DNA from: Pseudomonadota bacterium
GTDB lineage: Bacteria; Pseudomonadota; Alphaproteobacteria; Caulobacterales; Parvularculaceae
NCBI GenBank assembly: GCA_039197915.1
Contig: JBCCTV010000001.1
Span: 5,140-69,139 of the forward strand
Direction of reading: 5' to 3'
DNA length: 64,000 nt
This document shows, in pieces, positions 59,663-64,000 of the stretch (its first letter is position 1; each line of letters starts with the position of its first letter). The position numbers and the translations under genes are program-made. The notes beneath the pieces were generated by a model. The model had not been told where the DNA came from, did not search any database, and worked only from the letters and a program-made list of their open reading frames with translations.

Positions 59663-61948
59663 ATGGCGGCCATCCATCACAAAACGCACTCAGCTACGCC
59701 GACTAATGCGGCCACAAATGGGGCCACAACAAACGCGGTCACGACAAGCGGGGCGTTTGAGCCCAGCGCTCGGCAGAACGACCCCGCTACGAGCAGCCAA
59801 GGCGGGCGGGCGCAGGAGCGCGCCGGCGGTGACGACGCCCTGCGGCCGCAATCAACGGGGCGCGACACGCGCCCTTTTGTTGTTTTGTGCAGCGCCGACG
59901 GGTCAATCCGTTTTGTCAGCCTCTCTTTTGCAACCCTTTTGCAGCGCCAGGCGGAAAGCCTCTACGGTCGTAAATTTACACCGTTTACGGATAACAAGGA
60001 CGGGACTGTTGGCGCTGGAGCTGGGGCCACACGCACATTCACGATGCATGTCGACGGCGCGAGCGGCGAACGGCGCATCAACTGGGAAGAGACAACGCTC
60101 GCAGGCGGAGAGCGCCTCTATGTGGGTGCGGAGGAAAGCCCAACAAATGACGCTGAGCGGGCGTCGTCTACGCCTAACCCCTCTTTACACATACAAAATA
60201 ACCGAGTAGCGGCAGCGCCCGGCGAAAAAGCAAGTGAACCGTTTGGCGAAGCGCAAACCGAAGGGGCCGGAGTCGCGTCTGAAGCTGTCGGCTTCCTCGC
60301 CACCATGAGCCACGAAATGCGCACGCCACTTAATGGCATTATCGGGATGACCGGCCTGTTGATTGATAGCGGGCTCAACCCGCACCAGCGCGCCTACGCC
60401 GACGCCATTCGCGATTCCGGCAAGGCGCTTTTGACCTTAATCAACGACCTCCTCGACCACTCAAAGATGAACGCCGGAAAACTAACTCTTGATACGGCGC
60501 CGTTTGATGTGACGGCGCTCGTACAAGGCGTGTGCGAATTATTGGCGGCGAAGGCCGACGAAAAAGGCGTCGAAGTCGCGGCTTTTATTGACCCAGAAAT
60601 CCCTGGGCGCATCATCGGCGACGAGGCGCGATTGCGCCAGATACTGACGAACCTGGCGGGCAACGGCGTTAAGTTTACCGATATTGGCGGCGTCGCCATC
60701 GAGGTTCGCTCTGTCTCATCCGCAGAGGGAACGGTGCGATTGGACTTCGCCGTCAGAGACACGGGCGTTGGCATATCGCCGGAAGCCCAACGCGGTATTT
60801 TTGAAGCCTTTGACCAGGCGGACGCCCATGGCGCAAAACGCTCCGAGGGCACGGGGCTCGGACTTTCCATTTCACGCCGCCTCGCGGAAGCCATGGGCGG
60901 GAAAATCAGTGTGGAGAGCACCGTTGGTGAAGGAAGCGTCTTTTCCTTCACGGCCGAGTTCGGCGTCGATGGCCCGGTCACTGCAATAAGCACAGCCGTA
61001 GCGGCGCCGGCGGCGCCCATCGTCGTCGCAGCTCAAAGCGAAACGGTTGCAACAACACTCTCCCATTATTTCGACACCCTCGGCGTTGGGCGCTACCACA
61101 TGGCCCCGGACGCGGCGACGGCGCTTTCAATCCTGACAGCGACACCCGGCGCCACGCTATTTGCCGACCTTGAAATCGCGACGGAAAGCGGCGAGGCGCT
61201 CGCCCAGGCGGCGACACGAGCCATGGTTTTGGTTTCGCCGAACAAACGCGACGCCATCGAGGCGGTGCGCGCGTCCGGTTTTGACGGTTACCTCGTGAAA
61301 CCAATCCGGCGCGAGACTTTATTCCGCGCGCTTGATGAAACCGGCGGCGACTATTGCGAGCGTGCGCCCTTTGCCGACCAGAGCCCCGTGCCGGACGCAG
61401 CAGACGCGACGCCGTCGGCGTCGTCCCAACCACGCTCCAGCCTGGAAGCGGCCAAAGCGACTGCGCAAACGCACCCGGCGCTGGCCTTAGTCGACGCCGA
61501 AGACGCCCCAGCGCTCGCAAGGTCGTCAGAACCCGAAATCGCAGGCGATCGCGATGGCGGCGCGCTCTCCATTCTGCTGGCCGAAGACAATCGCATCAAC
61601 GCCGTCCTCGCAACGGCGCTCATGGAGCGCAGCGGACACCAGGTAACGCTCGCGGAAAATGGCGAGGAAGCGATCCGACTGGCGCAGGCGGGAACGTTCG
61701 ACATGATCTTCATGGACATGCACATGCCCGTGCTTGACGGCCTTGAGGCGACGCGCCAGCTGCGGGCGCTTGCCGGGCGAACGGCGTCGACGCCGATCAT
61801 CGCCTTGACCGCGAATGCAATGGCGAGCGACCGAATTAAATGCCTCGAAGCGGGCATGGATGATTTTCTGTCGAAACCGTTTGAGGCTGCGGACTTAGAG
61901 AACATGCTGGAAAAGTGGGTTGCGCGCGCCGCGGCCCCTGTCGCCTAG
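59663..61948 (+). CDS. Cytoplasmic hybrid sensor histidine kinase with a pseudo-receiver and a receiver domain
   Basis: 761 aa with no TM helix. H-box FLATMSHEMRTPLNGIIG. HATPase motifs NLAGNGVKFT and GTGLGLSISRRLAEAMGG. A central receiver-like segment is followed by a canonical REC (ILLAEDNRINAVL...FDMIFMDMHMPVLDG...ALTANAM..KP). Confidence 0.85.
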   Translation: MAAIHHKTHSATPTNAATNGATTNAVTTSGAFEPSARQNDPATSSQGGRAQERAGGDDALRPQSTGRDTRPFVVLCSADGSIRFVSLSFATLLQRQAESLYGRKFTPFTDNKDGTVGAGAGATRTFTMHVDGASGERRINWEETTLAGGERLYVGAEESPTNDAERASSTPNPSLHIQNNRVAAAPGEKASEPFGEAQTEGAGVASEAVGFLATMSHEMRTPLNGIIGMTGLLIDSGLNPHQRAYADAIRDSGKALLTLINDLLDHSKMNAGKLTLDTAPFDVTALVQGVCELLAAKADEKGVEVAAFIDPEIPGRIIGDEARLRQILTNLAGNGVKFTDIGGVAIEVRSVSSAEGTVRLDFAVRDTGVGISPEAQRGIFEAFDQADAHGAKRSEGTGLGLSISRRLAEAMGGKISVESTVGEGSVFSFTAEFGVDGPVTAISTAVAAPAAPIVVAAQSETVATTLSHYFDTLGVGRYHMAPDAATALSILTATPGATLFADLEIATESGEALAQAATRAMVLVSPNKRDAIEAVRASGFDGYLVKPIRRETLFRALDETGGDYCERAPFADQSPVPDAADATPSASSQPRSSLEAAKATAQTHPALALVDAEDAPALARSSEPEIAGDRDGGALSILLAEDNRINAVLATALMERSGHQVTLAENGEEAIRLAQAGTFDMIFMDMHMPVLDGLEATRQLRALAGRTASTPIIALTANAMASDRIKCLEAGMDDFLSKPFEAADLENMLEKWVARAAAPVA

Positions 61949-62183
61949 GAGGCCGAGCGCCCTCGCCCCCTTTTGCATCGTGGGCGCCCACATCCTACCC
62001 TTGATTTGCTTATTCCGGCCTGCCGTATTTGTTTCGCGTTGTCCCGACCGTTTACCGCTCCCAAAAGATCGGGGTTACCGGACGCGCGAAACTGCGTAAT
62101 GTTTTTCTTGGACGGCGCTTGCTTTTGCTAGCCAGCGCAAGCGACGCCGCCACACCATACCCGCAGAAACGCGATAGGCCGCA

Positions 62184-63956
62184 ATGTCCGAAGCTCCCGC
62201 AAACAGCGCCCCAAACACCAGCACCCCAAACACCAGCGCAGCAGCAGCCAAAACGTCCGATGACCTTTCATCTGTCCAGAAACCATCCGTCTGGAAAGCG
62301 TTGGGCAAACGAAAAACCGGCGCTATGGCTGTCCTCGGCTTTGCCGCCGGCCTCCCCTACGCCCTCATCACGGGCACACTTCTCGCCTGGTTCACGGAGG
62401 AAGGGGTCGACATAAAAACGATCGGCGTCTTTTCCTGGGTCATCCTGATTTACAGCTTTAAATTTCTATGGGCCCCTGGCGTCGATCGGCTACCGGCGCC
62501 TGGTGTATTCAGTATGGGCCAACGCCGCGCCGGCATCCTATTCCTCCAAGCCCTGATCATTATCGCGCTTGCAACCATTTCTTTTGCGTCGCCTCAAAAT
62601 CAACTTGGCCTAATCGCCGCCGCCGCTGTTGTGTGCACCTTTGCATCGTCGTGCCAGGACGTTTTGATTGACGCCTGGCGCATCGAAATCGCTGATGAGG
62701 AGATCACAGTTGATCTGTTATCATCCGTATACCAAATTGGCTACCGGCTGGCGACAATTCTGGGCGGCGCTGGCGCGCTTATTATGGCGGCGCGCATCGG
62801 GTGGAACAGCGCCTTTGTTGCGCTTGCAGTGCTGATGGCGCTGGCCGTTTGCGGCGTTTTTATCGCCGAGGATTCAACGCGCGCGCCGAGCCCTGACGTC
62901 AGTCAGGATAAAGACGGGCCGCCGACGAATTGGCGCAACCTTGCGCTATTGCCGGTCCTCGCCGGCTGGGCCTGGGCGTTTGTCGCGCTCTTCGGGTTTA
63001 TGGCGTTCGCTTTGCAGGCCCCAGGCGAGGCTAATGCGCGGGTCTTCACCCGCGAAAAAGGCCCCCTGATCGTCCTCGCGGCCGTTGTTGCGCCAATGGT
63101 GTGCGCCGCCGCGCTATTATGGTTGCGCGAACGCAAAACCCTTCTGCCCAGGGACAATTCACCCTGGTTCGCCCAGTCGGTCCTGGACACGCTCTACGGC
63201 GCCGTGCTCACGCCTCTTAGCGAATTGATCGAGCGGCTGCGGTTCGGCGCAATATTGGTGATCGCGCTTGTCTTATCGTACCGATTTGTCGATCTCGTCT
63301 GGGGCGCCTTCGCCTACCCGTTTTATCTAGGCGTTGAAAACGGCGCCCTCGGCCATACCCTCGACGAAGTGGCGATCGCCTCAAAATTATTTGGCACCCT
63401 GATGACTTTTCTGGGCATTGGCGTTGGCGCCGCGGCAATATTGCGGTTTGGGCGCATGCCTTGCGTTGTCGCTGGCGCAATTCTGGCGGCGGCGACGAAC
63501 CTCCTCTTCGCGGACTTAGCCCTTGGCGGCGCCGGCGTCGACGCCTTCATGCGCGCAGCGCGGCTTTATCCGGTCTTTAGTATTTTCCAGCCCCTCGCGG
63601 ATTTTTTAGGCCTCGATGTGACGATGAACGAACGGTTGGCGCGCTTGATGGTGGCGATCGCCGCGGAAAACCTCGCGCTCGGGTTTGCGAGCGCCGCGAG
63701 CGTCGTTTACCTCTCGTCGATTGTCAGCCCACGGTTTGCCGCCGTTCAATACGCCCTCCTCGCTTCACTCGTTATGCTCATCGGCTCCCTCGGCCGGGGG
63801 GCGCTTGGCGAATTGATTGGCACACGGGGCTTTGCCTATGTCTTTTATTTGACCGCAGTGCTGGGGCTTTTCGCAGTCGTCGCCTCGATTTTGGAATGGA
63901 TACGCCAGGCCCGGGGCGGCGCCGCCGAACCGACGCGCGAAAGCGCACCAGCTTAA
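62184..63956 (+). CDS. ampG: AmpG-family muropeptide/MFS permease (long form)
   Basis: 590 aa. AmpG-like N-terminus LGFAAGLPYALITGTLLAWFTEEGVDIKTIGVFSWVILIYSFKFLWAPGVDR. About 14 TM helices. Confidence 0.75.
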   Translation: MSEAPANSAPNTSTPNTSAAAAKTSDDLSSVQKPSVWKALGKRKTGAMAVLGFAAGLPYALITGTLLAWFTEEGVDIKTIGVFSWVILIYSFKFLWAPGVDRLPAPGVFSMGQRRAGILFLQALIIIALATISFASPQNQLGLIAAAAVVCTFASSCQDVLIDAWRIEIADEEITVDLLSSVYQIGYRLATILGGAGALIMAARIGWNSAFVALAVLMALAVCGVFIAEDSTRAPSPDVSQDKDGPPTNWRNLALLPVLAGWAWAFVALFGFMAFALQAPGEANARVFTREKGPLIVLAAVVAPMVCAAALLWLRERKTLLPRDNSPWFAQSVLDTLYGAVLTPLSELIERLRFGAILVIALVLSYRFVDLVWGAFAYPFYLGVENGALGHTLDEVAIASKLFGTLMTFLGIGVGAAAILRFGRMPCVVAGAILAAATNLLFADLALGGAGVDAFMRAARLYPVFSIFQPLADFLGLDVTMNERLARLMVAIAAENLALGFASAASVVYLSSIVSPRFAAVQYALLASLVMLIGSLGRGALGELIGTRGFAYVFYLTAVLGLFAVVASILEWIRQARGGAAEPTRESAPA

Positions 63957-64000
63957 TACCTTGGCTTTATAAATAAGTCTCGCTACCGACGATGTGACGC

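Noticed and set aside
60394-61905. Minus-strand ORFs 60394-61020, 60978-61520 and 61351-61905
   Set aside because: They are antisense shadow ORFs within the hybrid histidine kinase gene.
1-64000. Genomic island, prophage or mobile element boundaries, and tRNA/rRNA genes
   Set aside because: I recognised no integrase, transposase, phage gene, flanking direct repeats or tRNA-like cloverleaf sequence in any intergenic region. The T1SS locus may still be accessory, but the sequence alone gives no boundary evidence.

Overview
GC-rich chromosomal window that looks alphaproteobacterial, judged by gene content and protein similarity only. No rRNA, tRNA, CRISPR array, transposase, integrase or phage gene was recognised.

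The left ~29 kb is a type I secretion (T1SS) locus. Its core is one 19,056-nt gene (3644-22699, minus strand) encoding a 6351-aa protein. Almost all of that protein is about 63 diverged RTX/beta-roll modules (my manual count). HlyD-family adaptor and TolC-family outer-membrane genes lie upstream on the same strand, and an ABC exporter is transcribed divergently.

On the other flank of the giant gene sit four genes:
- a MotB-like single-pass protein with the conserved stator Asp
- a divergent MotA/ExbB-like channel protein with a coiled-coil tail
- a PilZ protein with an intact c-di-GMP motif, starting 1 nt after the MotA-like stop
- a GT4 glycosyltransferase that appears co-transcribed with the MotB-like gene

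I consider this the most interesting candidate system. It resembles the SiiA/SiiB proton-channel accessory of Salmonella SPI-4, but with a c-di-GMP receptor attached. No LapD/LapG-type control genes are present in the window.

The remaining ~35 kb is mostly housekeeping or transport:
- FAD oxidoreductase
- NhaR-type LysR regulator with dabB-dabA (inorganic carbon pump) and an orphan cysD
- an ABCB-type exporter
- an AttEFGH-like ABC/FtsX/lipocalin trio
- amt, a UbiH-family hydroxylase, a retropepsin-like protease and dapB
- a GNAT, an MFS transporter and an APC permease
- dnaK, a small ABM-like ORF and dnaJ
- comM/yifB, a cytoplasmic hybrid histidine kinase and ampG

A ~105-bp structured intergenic repeat occurs at least three times. 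Several short tandem repeats were also seen. All functional calls rest on motif recognition by eye; no database search was possible.
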